From positions 1 through 30,130 of IMG/VR virus record IMGVR_UViG_3300032250_000032: a DNA stretch of 30,130 bases. One strand, 5' to 3'. The stretch is from a virus. Lineage: Duplodnaviria; Caudoviricetes. This document shows positions 1 to 8,055 of this stretch, piece by piece. The notes below the pieces were generated by a model. That model ran no database searches and was not told where the DNA came from. It worked only from the letters and a program-made list of their open reading frames with translations. The position numbers and the translations under genes were made by a program. The number at the start of each line of letters is the position of its first letter. The first letter of the stretch is position 1.

Positions 1-54
1 ACTTACCAGTTTTTTAAAGCTGATAAACCTAAATTTGTGGATGCACCATTTTGA
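1..54 (+). CDS. 3' end of a gene truncated by the window edge (...TYQFFKADKPKFVDAPF*)
   Basis: Open frame 1 to TGA at 52-54, which overlaps the TTG start of the next ORF (TTGA). Confidence 0.5.
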   Translation, partial: TYQFFKADKPKFVDAPF

Positions 55-197
55 GTTCTTGGTTAATTATTGTTACGGGGCTTATTTATGCCTATATAGG
101 TATAGAACAAGGCTTTAAAGGTAATACTGCTATGGCGGTTGTATATAGCGGTTATGCTTTTAGTAATATTGGACTTTATGTACTTGCAACAAAATAG
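51..197 (+). CDS. Small 48-aa membrane protein (MSSWLIIVTGLIYAYIGIEQGFKGNTAMAVVYSGYAFSNIGLYVLATK)
   Basis: Hand-translated (below the ORF track cutoff); TTG start coupled to the upstream stop; two hydrophobic stretches; fills the gap before 206. Confidence 0.7.
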   Translation: MSSWLIIVTGLIYAYIGIEQGFKGNTAMAVVYSGYAFSNIGLYVLATK

Positions 198-205
198 GGG
201 GATGT

Positions 206-580
206 GTGGATTTTGAAAAGTTTTGGGTAAATTGGCCCAAAAAGGTCGCAAAGAAAAAAGCTGAGATTGCTTGGAAAAGATTGACTGACCTTGAAAAGCG
301 TGAAGCCCTAGAAGCCTTGCCTAAGCACCTTAGACATTGGCAACTTAAACGCACCGAAATAGACTATATCCCGTACCCTGCATCGTGGATTAACGGGCTT
401 AGATTTCAGGATGTTTTAGACATGACCCCAGTTAAAGAAAAGGTGGACAGGTCATGGATGTTTAGCCAACAAGGTATTGAAAACAAAGCTAGAGAACTAG
501 GTATTTTAGGTAACGGGTACGATAGCTACGATACTTTAAAGAAGAAATGTATGATGCGAATGGGGATGGAAATAGATTGA
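206..580 (+). CDS. Phage replication-initiator C-terminal-like protein
   Basis: FEKFW..WPKKVAKKKAEIAWKRL and IPYPASWING motifs typical of phage replication protein C-terminal domains; GGGGG RBS before GTG. Confidence 0.6.
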   Translation: MDFEKFWVNWPKKVAKKKAEIAWKRLTDLEKREALEALPKHLRHWQLKRTEIDYIPYPASWINGLRFQDVLDMTPVKEKVDRSWMFSQQGIENKARELGILGNGYDSYDTLKKKCMMRMGMEID

Positions 581-1188
581 AAGTGCTAATTGCTTGTGAA
601 TATTCGGGGCGTGTTAGAGATGCTTTTGCACAACTGGGCCACGATGCTTGGTCTTGTGACATATTGCCTACTGAAACCAAAGGTAATCATTACGAAGGTT
701 CGGTGCTAGACATTCTTGATAATGGCTGGGATTTAATGATTGCCCACCCACCATGTACATATTTATCTAATGCTGGTGCTAGGTTTTTATATCCAAAAGG
801 TATTTTGAACCAAGAAAGATTAACAAAAGGTTTGGCTGCAAAAGAGTTTTTTATGGCTCTTTACAACGCAAACATACCTAAGATAGATATTGAAAATCCC
901 ATACCCTCAAAGGTATATGGTTTGCCACAATATTCGCAAACAATTCAGCCTTACGAATATGGTCATCCAATGCAAAAAAGAACTTGTTTATGGTTAAAAG
1001 ATTTGCCAAAATTAGTGCCCACCAATATTGTTGAAGAACGCCAAAGCACTAAAGTGGCTGGTAATTGGTTTAACAAAGGTGGTAAAGACCGCCAAAAAGA
1101 AAGGGCTAGAACTTTTGAAGGAATTGCAGCAGCAATGGCAGAACAATGGGGAGCATCAATACCAATGTGCAGCACGGCAGTTGTGTAA
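577..1188 (+). CDS. Short phage-type DNA (cytosine-5) methyltransferase
   Basis: KVLIACEYSG (motif I variant), WSCD, IAHPPCTYLS (catalytic PC), IENP (motif VI), KRTCLW; TTG start at 577 coupled to the upstream TGA (track start 547 is likely too early). Confidence 0.8.
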   Translation: MKVLIACEYSGRVRDAFAQLGHDAWSCDILPTETKGNHYEGSVLDILDNGWDLMIAHPPCTYLSNAGARFLYPKGILNQERLTKGLAAKEFFMALYNANIPKIDIENPIPSKVYGLPQYSQTIQPYEYGHPMQKRTCLWLKDLPKLVPTNIVEERQSTKVAGNWFNKGGKDRQKERARTFEGIAAAMAEQWGASIPMCSTAVV

Positions 1189-1321
1189 ATGGCGTAATCA
1201 ATGGGGGTTAGCAAAGTTTAGGGAATACCTATCAAAATACCAAATTGATAGTAATTTACTAATAGGCTTTGCAGACCAATGGAAAAAAGGTAACAAAGGT
1301 AATCAGGGGGAGTGGAAATGA
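1115..1321 (+). CDS. Small hypothetical phage protein (HQYQCAARQLCKWR...DQWKKGNKG), start uncertain
   Basis: Stop coupled to the next ATG (ATGA 1318-1321); 5' end overlaps the MTase gene; TTG 1115 with AAGGG upstream is the best start candidate. Confidence 0.55.
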   Translation: MKELQQQWQNNGEHQYQCAARQLCKWRNQWGLAKFREYLSKYQIDSNLLIGFADQWKKGNKGNQGEWK

Positions 1322-1647
1322 AAGAGTATGACCCACACGAAGCAATAGACTTTATATTTAAAACCGCACCGCAATATGCTAAAGCAAGCGGTGAACTTGC
1401 CCAGCTTGAAAACTTTAGGCACAGTCTTAAAGCCATCAAGATGTCGCAGACCGAAGAACAGTCGTTAGGGGCACAGGAACGAGAAGCCTACCGCAGTCCT
1501 GAATACCAAGACTTATGCAAAGCCATAGGTGTAGCGGTAGAGCAAAAAGAAGCCCTTAGATGGCAATTAGAAGCCGCCAAGATGCGTTTTGAAGCATGGC
1601 GTACCCAACAAGCTAATGACAGAAACTTAGAAAGGTTGACACGATGA
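1318..1647 (+). CDS. Helical hypothetical phage protein (AQEREAYRSPEY...RFEAWRTQQAN)
   Basis: GGGGAG RBS; ATGA overlaps on both sides; coiled-coil character. Confidence 0.75.
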   Translation: MKEYDPHEAIDFIFKTAPQYAKASGELAQLENFRHSLKAIKMSQTEEQSLGAQEREAYRSPEYQDLCKAIGVAVEQKEALRWQLEAAKMRFEAWRTQQANDRNLERLTR

Positions 1648-1811
1648 GAGGATTTGCAGAAGTATTCCTAGATTTAACTCGCACCATTAAACGGGTGCAT
1701 GAACTTAAACTTAAAAATGACCATACCGAAGCCTATTTGCTCAGTTGCGATATAACCGACTATGCCCAAGAACTAGAGGATGTACTGCAAAAAGATGCAA
1801 ACATTCAATAA
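1644..1811 (+). CDS. Hypothetical protein, 55 aa (MRGFAEVFLDLTRTIKRVHELK...)
   Basis: Hand-translated; ATGA overlap with the upstream stop; AAAGG RBS; fills the gap. Confidence 0.65.
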   Translation: MRGFAEVFLDLTRTIKRVHELKLKNDHTEAYLLSCDITDYAQELEDVLQKDANIQ

Positions 1812-2178
1812 GATAATGCGTAATGCCTATGCGACTCACATCGATTATGGTGCGTTCAAAGGCTTAATACCTACTAACCAAAACTTCTGCCCTAGTAACA
1901 TAGATGGGATTGCAGAGCGTAATGGTAAGTTTTTGGTGATGGAGTGGAAACGCCCCAATGAAAAGGTTAGCGAGGGTCAAAAACGCCTATTGCAAGCCTT
2001 TGCTAAAACGCCTAACTTTACAGTCGTTATTGTGCAAGGCAACACAGATGACCAGTTAGTTATAGAAAACTTTTGGCAAGTCCAACCTTTTGGATGCACT
2101 AAACTAGGCAACGGGGTTGATGAATTTAAGGCTTTCTATCTAATGTGGTACGACTACGCTAATGAACAAAAAGGATAA
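1795..2178 (+). CDS. PD-(D/E)xK (restriction-endonuclease fold) nuclease-like protein
   Basis: NIDG..ERNGKFLVMEWK...SEGQKRLL matches the D-(x)n-ExK plus S..Q pattern; start uncertain (1780/1795/1816). Confidence 0.65.
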   Translation: MQTFNKIMRNAYATHIDYGAFKGLIPTNQNFCPSNIDGIAERNGKFLVMEWKRPNEKVSEGQKRLLQAFAKTPNFTVVIVQGNTDDQLVIENFWQVQPFGCTKLGNGVDEFKAFYLMWYDYANEQKG

Positions 2179-2443
2179 AAAACGCCATGACGATATTGCA
2201 AGACTTGGTTGCGTATTATGCTACCACATGGGCTACCATGACACCCCCGCAGAGCTTCACCATGTCAGACGATTCGGTGGAAAGCGGTCAGAAGCACCAA
2301 TACTCCCCTTATGTACCGAGCATCACAGAGGTGCTACAGGTGTGCATGGACTCGGAGCAAAGGCTTTCGAGAAATACCACCAAATTGAGTTCGATACCTT
2401 ACTAGGTATAGTGGAGTCAAAGCTCCAACGGGTCAAAGCCTAA
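2162..2443 (+). CDS. Ref-like (recombination enhancement) HNH/zinc nuclease
   Basis: GCVLC, AELHHVR, LPLCTEHH, GVH motifs. Confidence 0.75.
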   Translation: MNKKDKKRHDDIARLGCVLCYHMGYHDTPAELHHVRRFGGKRSEAPILPLCTEHHRGATGVHGLGAKAFEKYHQIEFDTLLGIVESKLQRVKA

Positions 2444-2770
2444 TTCTGTAGCTACAGCTTTAGCCCTATTCCTAAAGGTTTTATCGTGTTTAGTCCACGC
2501 CTGAGTGCTTGTATCCCAACGGCTTGCATGAATCATCTCATGGGCCATAGTCCTAATGACTGTGTCTAAATGACCGCATCTAGCGTCAGATATAGTAATG
2601 GTATGGGCGTGTTTTTCCCCATCGTCATATAGGTATGTACCCATAGCATCAAAATCGCTATCCACTACAAACTTGATTTCTTCAGGCAAAGGTAAATCCC
2701 AAGACGCAAACGGCTCGCAGCAATACAACATACTGTAGATGTGTTCAATAATCTTAGGCGTTATTTTCAT
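2417..2770 (-). CDS. SprT-like HExxH zinc metallopeptidase
   Basis: TMAHEMIH plus downstream HDKTF; ATGA coupling to the phosphoesterase gene. Confidence 0.7.
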   Translation of the reverse strand: MKITPKIIEHIYSMLYCCEPFASWDLPLPEEIKFVVDSDFDAMGTYLYDDGEKHAHTITISDARCGHLDTVIRTMAHEMIHASRWDTSTQAWTKHDKTFRNRAKAVATELGFDPLEL

Positions 2771-3798
2771 ACTTCTAATATTTCACCACGAAACTCTACC
2801 TCGTTTTCTCCGCAAACCTGAATCATCTCAGGCATTAACAACCGACCTCTTTCCCAAGATGCCATAACAAAGCCTTGTCGCCAATCCTTTGCGTTGTCTT
2901 CTGTATAACTAAAGCTATCCGCATTGATGTCGGCTAAAGTGCCTGTTTGCACACCCCAGTAGGTCTTTTGGTCAAAGGTTGATATAGGACTTAGAGTCAA
3001 GACATGGGTATGCCCTGTAAATATATTACAAAAACTGGCTTGGACATTGTTATACCCTGCGTACCTACCGCCCTTATGCCTATGCTTAATTACAGTATCT
3101 TCATTAACCCAAAAACTCCAACAGGTTTCCCAATGGGGGAAATGGTACTTGAGGTTAAACCCATCCACCCCTGAAAACTCAGGGGCACGAGCTACCAAAG
3201 CCGACTCATAACGCATATCGTGATTACCTAAAGTCCATATTAGCCTACACCCTGCTGGTATAACCTTTTCAATGGCATCTAAATGCGTTTTACAGTAGTT
3301 TAGTTCATCTAATACGCTAGGTTGGCGGTCAAAATTTATCTTTGGGAATCGGCTGAGTACTGCCCCATCAAAGGCATCTCCGTTACAGATAATGGCTTTG
3401 GGCTTGAAATGCTCAATAAACTTGATTAAGGCTTTAAACCCTGTAGTTGTATCTTCTGTAAAGTGGGCATCCGAAAAGATAATGACTCGACCTTTTTCTA
3501 ATTCCATACCCCGTCTAACGCTATGGGTAGTGGCATCTAAGCGTTCTTGTAGTAATTCTTGGCGTTTTGCCTTATCAGCCCTAGCTCTCTCAATATAATC
3601 TTTGCTTTTTTCTTGTTTATAACTAAGGTCGGTTACAAGTTCTATGTTCTGCCTAATTTCTACTGACCGCCTACGATTCATAACGGCACGAACACCGATA
3701 CCTAAATGTTCTGCTAATGCTGTAGGGCTAGGATATGCTCGCCATTTCTCTATAAATTCGTCATCACCAATGTAATCACCATACTGATTTTTAGCCAT
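2767..3798 (-). CDS. Calcineurin-like metallophosphoesterase with N-terminal HTH-like region
   Basis: SDAH, NGDAFD, LGNHD, KH and GHTH motifs; N-terminal PTALAEHLGIGVRAV helix-turn-helix pattern; likely start MAKNQY at 3798. Confidence 0.85.
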   Translation of the reverse strand: MAKNQYGDYIGDDEFIEKWRAYPSPTALAEHLGIGVRAVMNRRRSVEIRQNIELVTDLSYKQEKSKDYIERARADKAKRQELLQERLDATTHSVRRGMELEKGRVIIFSDAHFTEDTTTGFKALIKFIEHFKPKAIICNGDAFDGAVLSRFPKINFDRQPSVLDELNYCKTHLDAIEKVIPAGCRLIWTLGNHDMRYESALVARAPEFSGVDGFNLKYHFPHWETCWSFWVNEDTVIKHRHKGGRYAGYNNVQASFCNIFTGHTHVLTLSPISTFDQKTYWGVQTGTLADINADSFSYTEDNAKDWRQGFVMASWERGRLLMPEMIQVCGENEVEFRGEILEV

Positions 3799-3855
3799 AT
3801 AAGACCCTAATCGTGATAAAGTTAGCATATCTTAACTGAATATTGTTAAAAAACA

Positions 3856-4149
3856 ATGGCATACGCCAAAAGAACCGATGCAAATCAAACAGAAATAGTA
3901 GAAACCCTCAGAAAAGCGGGGGCAGATGTCTATATTTTATCAATGGTAGGCAGAGGAATACCTGACCTAATGGTGTGCTTTAACGGAGAAACTATCTTAA
4001 TGGAAGTTAAGCGTGATGCTAAAGCTAAGTTCACCGCAGACCAATTAAAATTTATTGCTAACTGGAAAGGTGGGCCACTTAGTCGGGTAGATAGCCCCGA
4101 ATCTGCATTACGGGCAATAGGACTTATTCGTGTTAGTGAACAATCTTAA
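3856..4149 (+). CDS. VRR-NUC / Holliday-junction-resolvase-like nuclease
   Basis: RTDANQ.EIV..LR..G, GIPDL, LMEVK, T.DQ.KF...W motifs. Confidence 0.8.
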   Translation: MAYAKRTDANQTEIVETLRKAGADVYILSMVGRGIPDLMVCFNGETILMEVKRDAKAKFTADQLKFIANWKGGPLSRVDSPESALRAIGLIRVSEQS

Positions 4150-4810
4150 AGTCACCGAATACACCCAAGACTACTATGACGAGCATAAAGACGCTGGTCT
4201 AGATTATCTTGGGCATGGCTATTGGCAAGAAGAATACGCCAAAATGGTCGTAGAAGCCTGTAAAACGCCTCGTGACGGCTTTGTAGTGGATGCTGGGTGT
4301 GCGTGTGGCTCTATCCTAAAAGGCTTTCATAAGCTCAATATGCGTGTTTTAGGGGTAGATTTAAATGATGCCATGATTGGGTTAGGTCGTACCCACTTTG
4401 AGTATTACGCCAATGAACTGGTTTGTGGGTCTATTGCTGAAACCCCCGCCCTAACTGAAAGCGTTGATTTGGTGCATACCGCCCAAGTCTTAGAACATAT
4501 TCCCGAAAAACAGATGGATGCCATTCTTCAAGAATTTTCAAGAATTATCAAGAAATCAGGGCGTTTGTTTATTTGTCTAGATGCCGTAAAGGATGGGGAA
4601 ACCAAAGAAATGTATATGGGCGACCCTACACATGTAAATATTCAGCCCATTGAATACTGGTATAGGCTATTCCAAAAGCATGGATTTATGTTTGATGTCG
4701 AGGCATATAACAAATTTGTTAGGTCTAAATACAAACCAACTGAGGATAAAGACGATAACTTTTTTAACGCCTACCCTTATTGGAGTGTATGGATTTTGCA
4801 AAAAACCTAA
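4130..4810 (+). CDS. Class I SAM-dependent methyltransferase (not a DNA MTase type)
   Basis: VVDAGCACG (motif I), LGVD (motif II), QVLEHI, DPTH motifs. Confidence 0.85.
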   Translation: MLVNNLKVTEYTQDYYDEHKDAGLDYLGHGYWQEEYAKMVVEACKTPRDGFVVDAGCACGSILKGFHKLNMRVLGVDLNDAMIGLGRTHFEYYANELVCGSIAETPALTESVDLVHTAQVLEHIPEKQMDAILQEFSRIIKKSGRLFICLDAVKDGETKEMYMGDPTHVNIQPIEYWYRLFQKHGFMFDVEAYNKFVRSKYKPTEDKDDNFFNAYPYWSVWILQKT

Positions 4811-4837
4811 TATAATTGGGTATGTAAAGGAGATTCT

Positions 4838-5194
4838 ATGGAAAATTGTGCATTATTCGTAGCTACATTGCTACATTCTGCGACTAACACGCATTTTTTC
4901 CATTTCACAACGGATTCTTACTCACGCCATAAAGCGTTGCAAAAATACTATGAAGGTATTGTAGATTTAACTGACAGTTTTGCTGAATCTTATGCTGGAA
5001 AATATGGCAAATTCACCGCATTTCCAAGCGTGTACCACCAACCCAAAGACCCAGTTAAATACCTAGAGTCCCTACAAAACTTTGTGGCAGATGCTCGCCA
5101 AGATTTACCGCAAGATAGCGAACTGCAAAACCTGATTGATGAAATTGCAGACCTGATTAACACCACAACTTATAAACTTAAGTTCTTGAAATAA
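4838..5194 (+). CDS. Ferritin/Dps-like four-helix-bundle phage protein (DUF5856-like)
   Basis: THFFH...SYSRHKAL..YYE.I..L.D.FAE.Y.G and NLIDEI....N.T.YKL; AAGGAG RBS. Confidence 0.7.
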   Translation: MENCALFVATLLHSATNTHFFHFTTDSYSRHKALQKYYEGIVDLTDSFAESYAGKYGKFTAFPSVYHQPKDPVKYLESLQNFVADARQDLPQDSELQNLIDEIADLINTTTYKLKFLK

Positions 5195-5205
5195 AAGGAT
5201 AAATC

Positions 5206-5391
5206 ATGCCATTAATGAAATCAGGTAGCAAAGAGGCGGTAGGCAAAAACATCAAAAAAGAGATGGAAGCTGGCAAACCCAAGAAACAAGCCGTAGCTAT
5301 TGCTCTTGCAACTGAGCGTAAATACGCCAAAGGCAACCGCAAGAATAAGCTAGAAGAAGCTTATGGCAAATACATTGAAGAAAAAGCATGA
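5206..5391 (+). CDS. Small basic phage protein (MPL.K..S...V..NI..EM.AGKP.KQAVAIAL type)
   Basis: AAGGA RBS; recognisable small phage protein motif. Confidence 0.75.
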   Translation: MPLMKSGSKEAVGKNIKKEMEAGKPKKQAVAIALATERKYAKGNRKNKLEEAYGKYIEEKA

Positions 5392-5654
5392 GTAGGCAAG
5401 ACCAAATTCGTGCAGCAATGGATAAGCACGATAAACCAATACCTAAGACTACTAAAGGCAAAGGTCGTAATTACTTATCGGTTGAAGAAGGTGCAGGTAT
5501 GACGGCAAAAGGCAGAGCTGCTTATAACCGCAAGAACAACGCAAATTTACAAGCCCCCCAAGCTAGTGGGCCACGCCATGATAGTTTCTGTGCAAGGTCA
5601 AAAGGCTGGACTGGGGAACGAGGAAAAGCAGCAAGAGCGAGATGGAGTTGCTAA
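5388..5654 (+). CDS. Small basic phage protein (SFCAR...RW.C type, DUF6321-like)
   Basis: GMTAKGR..YN and SFCAR...ARWSC motifs; ATGA coupling. Confidence 0.7.
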   Translation: MSRQDQIRAAMDKHDKPIPKTTKGKGRNYLSVEEGAGMTAKGRAAYNRKNNANLQAPQASGPRHDSFCARSKGWTGERGKAARARWSC

Positions 5655-5845
5655 TGAAAGACGGATTGTATGCCAATATTCACCGCAAGAGGGCTAGGAT
5701 TAAGGCGGGTTCAGGCGAAAAGATGAACAAGGTTGGTAGCAAAGATGCCCCTAGCAAGCAAGACTTTATTGAGTCGGCTAAGACTGCAAAACCGCCCAAA
5801 AAGACTAGAAAACAAATGCTTACCGATAAGATGAAGGATATGTAA
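5654..5845 (+). CDS. Small basic phage protein (GLYANIH.KR.RI.AGSGEKM type)
   Basis: TAATG coupling; GGAG RBS; recognisable small phage protein motif. Confidence 0.75.
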   Translation: MKDGLYANIHRKRARIKAGSGEKMNKVGSKDAPSKQDFIESAKTAKPPKKTRKQMLTDKMKDM

Positions 5846-5846
5846 T

Positions 5847-5993
5847 ATGTTTAAAAAAGAAAAAATTAAACCTGAGAACTCTTTGTTGCAACCGCACAAA
5901 CAGACCACGCTAGAAAAGAACGAAGATAAGCGTATGAAGCGTAAAGCGGAGCTATCAAAGCACTTTAACCAATTTGTTAAACAGATGGCATAA
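5847..5993 (+). CDS. Small basic hypothetical protein, 48 aa (MFKKEKIKPENSLLQ...)
   Basis: Hand-translated; AAGGA RBS; exactly fills the gap, with its stop adjacent to the next ATG. Confidence 0.65.
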   Translation: MFKKEKIKPENSLLQPHKQTTLEKNEDKRMKRKAELSKHFNQFVKQMA

Positions 5994-6968
5994 ATGGCTA
6001 CATTATCTGAACTTTTAAGGTTACAAGGTGGGGCTTATGTTGGCTACCCACAAATAACCCGTAATAGACAGCAAGGCGGATATGCTGAAGGCTTTTTGTC
6101 ATCGGCTGCTGGTATGCCACAAAATCCAAACATGTCGGTGTTAGACCCCAATCAAGCCGCATATCTTGAAGGCCGTCAAGCTGGTGAACCTGTAAATATT
6201 GCTGCTATGGCTGTGCCTCTTGGAATTGGTGTTGCTAGAAATCCAGCAATGCTTGCAAGAGCAGTAAGCCCATTATCTAGACCACAAACATTTACAGAAG
6301 CTACTGTAACTGCTGAAGGACTGCCCCGCACATTAGCTAATATTTCAGGAAATCCAGTCGCAGAAACGCTGGCCCTTGAACGCTATCGAGCTGCTGCATC
6401 ACCTAGTTTGCAAAATGTTACTCAACGACAAGGTTATTGGATGGGTGAAAGTAACCCAGTATTTGTATCAGAAGGCAGCCGTAGTTTAAGCGTAGGTGGC
6501 AATAAACCATTACTTAAAGAAATGGCTCAAACCGCAGAAAATTTAGAACAAGCTGGTGCTACTGCAACAAGGGCCACAGCACTACCATTTGGTGATTTGT
6601 CTAAAGGTAATGCGGCATTTTTAACCCGCAATGGTAAACCTTTAAGCGATAAAGATGTTGTTAAACTAAACCAAGCATTGTCAGAATCAACTGATGCTGT
6701 ATTGCAACATCGCAAAGGTGGTGAAGGGTTAATATTTAAAGGCGGTTGGAATGACCAATCAAGCTTAGAGGATATTGTAAAAATCGCCCAAAAAACAATA
6801 CCTGACCTAAAAATAAAGCCTGCATTGTCTAGTCCAAAGATTGACAGGACATATTACGAGCGGCCCGAATATCAAAGCTTAGGTGCTGTACCTCGTGAAG
6901 AAAGCATACGAGGTAAGTTGACCCAAGCCTTTGACGAGTTCCTTAAGAAACGGGGTTATCGGGAGTAA
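5994..6968 (+). CDS. Hypothetical 324-aa protein; G/A/Q-rich N-terminus and globular C-terminus (possible packaged effector)
   Basis: Long ORF directly after the previous stop; function not identifiable. Confidence 0.7.
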   Translation: MATLSELLRLQGGAYVGYPQITRNRQQGGYAEGFLSSAAGMPQNPNMSVLDPNQAAYLEGRQAGEPVNIAAMAVPLGIGVARNPAMLARAVSPLSRPQTFTEATVTAEGLPRTLANISGNPVAETLALERYRAAASPSLQNVTQRQGYWMGESNPVFVSEGSRSLSVGGNKPLLKEMAQTAENLEQAGATATRATALPFGDLSKGNAAFLTRNGKPLSDKDVVKLNQALSESTDAVLQHRKGGEGLIFKGGWNDQSSLEDIVKIAQKTIPDLKIKPALSSPKIDRTYYERPEYQSLGAVPREESIRGKLTQAFDEFLKKRGYRE

Positions 6969-7278
6969 AGTCTATTAATTTATATGGAATGGTTTTCCAA
7001 GCCGCATAAACAAGATGTTTACCTACTGGTTCAGCCCCAAAATAAACTCGATAAGCGTTTTTATACTCATCAATATTAGCGATTAAAGCGTTATGCTGGC
7101 CGCCTGTCCCCGCATATCGAGTGTTTAAATTAGCACAAGCTTCTGTAACTGCTTTAGACACAGGATATACCCCATTTTCCCAGTTAGTGTAAGTAACTCG
7201 GTGAACCCCCAAGAGTTCTGCTGCTTTCTCTTGGGTTACACCAATATTGCTACGCCATCGTTTTAAATCAAAAGTCAT
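6943..7278 (-). CDS. XRE-family helix-turn-helix regulator with C-terminal extension
   Basis: LKRWRSNIGVTQEKAAELLGVHRVTYTNWENG is a canonical XRE HTH; AGGAG RBS. Confidence 0.85.
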   Translation of the reverse strand: MTFDLKRWRSNIGVTQEKAAELLGVHRVTYTNWENGVYPVSKAVTEACANLNTRYAGTGGQHNALIANIDEYKNAYRVYFGAEPVGKHLVYAAWKTIPYKLIDFTPDNPVS

Positions 7279-7442
7279 TGTTTACTCCTTCTTTGCTTTA
7301 ATGCTAACTTTACGGCTTCCAATCTAATGTTTTCTTCCTCAGTATTAAGAAAGCCACCAAATGTTTCTAATGCTCGTTTAATGTTTAAAAGTTCCCATTT
7401 AGGGCTTCTTTGATACTGGTCTAAATATTGTTGCTTGGTCAT
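7275..7442 (-). CDS. Hypothetical protein, 55 aa (MTKQQYLDQY...)
   Basis: AAGGGGGA RBS before the ATG at 7442; ATGA coupling to the HTH gene. Confidence 0.7.
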   Translation of the reverse strand: MTKQQYLDQYQRSPKWELLNIKRALETFGGFLNTEEENIRLEAVKLALKQRRSKQ

Positions 7443-7452
7443 GGTATCCCCC

Positions 7453-8055
7453 TTATGCGTAAGCAGTCCAATGTGATGATTCATAGATTGGTTTATTGCT
7501 AACTACTGCAACAGGCTCAATCTTGTAAGCATTAGCGTAACTTGCAATACTAATGTAAGCTTCTGAATCTACAGAGTTTTTCTGAATCAGTTTTTTAAAT
7601 GGCTTGCCAATAAAGCTATTAACGGCTGGCACACAATTACCTTGCAAATAACCATCAGATTCAGATAATTGACTAATTTTTTGAAATGTAGCCGTTTTGT
7701 TGCTAATTGCTACAACTTGGTAATAGTCAATATTGGTTTGGTCGTAACCCCAAGAACTACGGAATACATCACCAACTTTAACGCCATGATTAGCAGATGC
7801 TTCTTTGGCTTTGGCTTTGCGTGCTGCTTTGCGTTCTGCCCAAGCTCTAACATTGGTAAATGTCTTGGTTACTTCTGCTAGGCGTTGTTCTGCATTTTTA
7901 AACCGATAATGCCATGTAGGATTAACTGCACGACCTACAAAGCATAAACCGCCTATTGTTGGTGATTCTTTGTAGTAGATTTGAATACCTAATTCTTGGT
8001 CATCCCAAGATAATTCGTAGCCTTCTGGGATATAGCGTTGAGTAGTTTTCTTCAT
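7453..8055 (-). CDS. Hypothetical protein with a VGDVF.SSWGYDQTN.DYYQV module
   Basis: AAGGAG RBS; first gene after a strong leftward promoter; motif recalled from uncharacterised phage/plasmid proteins. Confidence 0.8.
   Translation of the reverse strand: MKKTTQRYIPEGYELSWDDQELGIQIYYKESPTIGGLCFVGRAVNPTWHYRFKNAEQRLAEVTKTFTNVRAWAERKAARKAKAKEASANHGVKVGDVFRSSWGYDQTNIDYYQVVAISNKTATFQKISQLSESDGYLQGNCVPAVNSFIGKPFKKLIQKNSVDSEAYISIASYANAYKIEPVAVVSNKPIYESSHWTAYA

Noticed and set aside
559-1152. 8-bp direct repeat AATGGGGA near both ends of the C5-MTase gene as a target-site duplication
   Set aside because: Too short, not exactly at the gene boundaries, and no transposase or terminal inverted repeats.
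577-2178. C5-MTase plus PD-(D/E)xK nuclease as a Type II restriction-modification system
   Set aside because: They are separated by three unrelated genes, and the nuclease is small and VRR-NUC-like in an ordinary phage recombination block.
4788-4816. TATAAT at 4811-4816 as a promoter for the ferritin-like gene
   Set aside because: No acceptable -35 at 16-18 nt spacing and no extended -10 TG; possible but unsupported.
6943-7278. XRE gene as a CI-like prophage repressor or toxin-antitoxin antitoxin
   Set aside because: No S24 peptidase domain, divergent cro or integrase nearby, and the 55-aa upstream ORF shows no RelE/HigB/HicA motif I can recognise; a novel TA pair is not strictly excluded.
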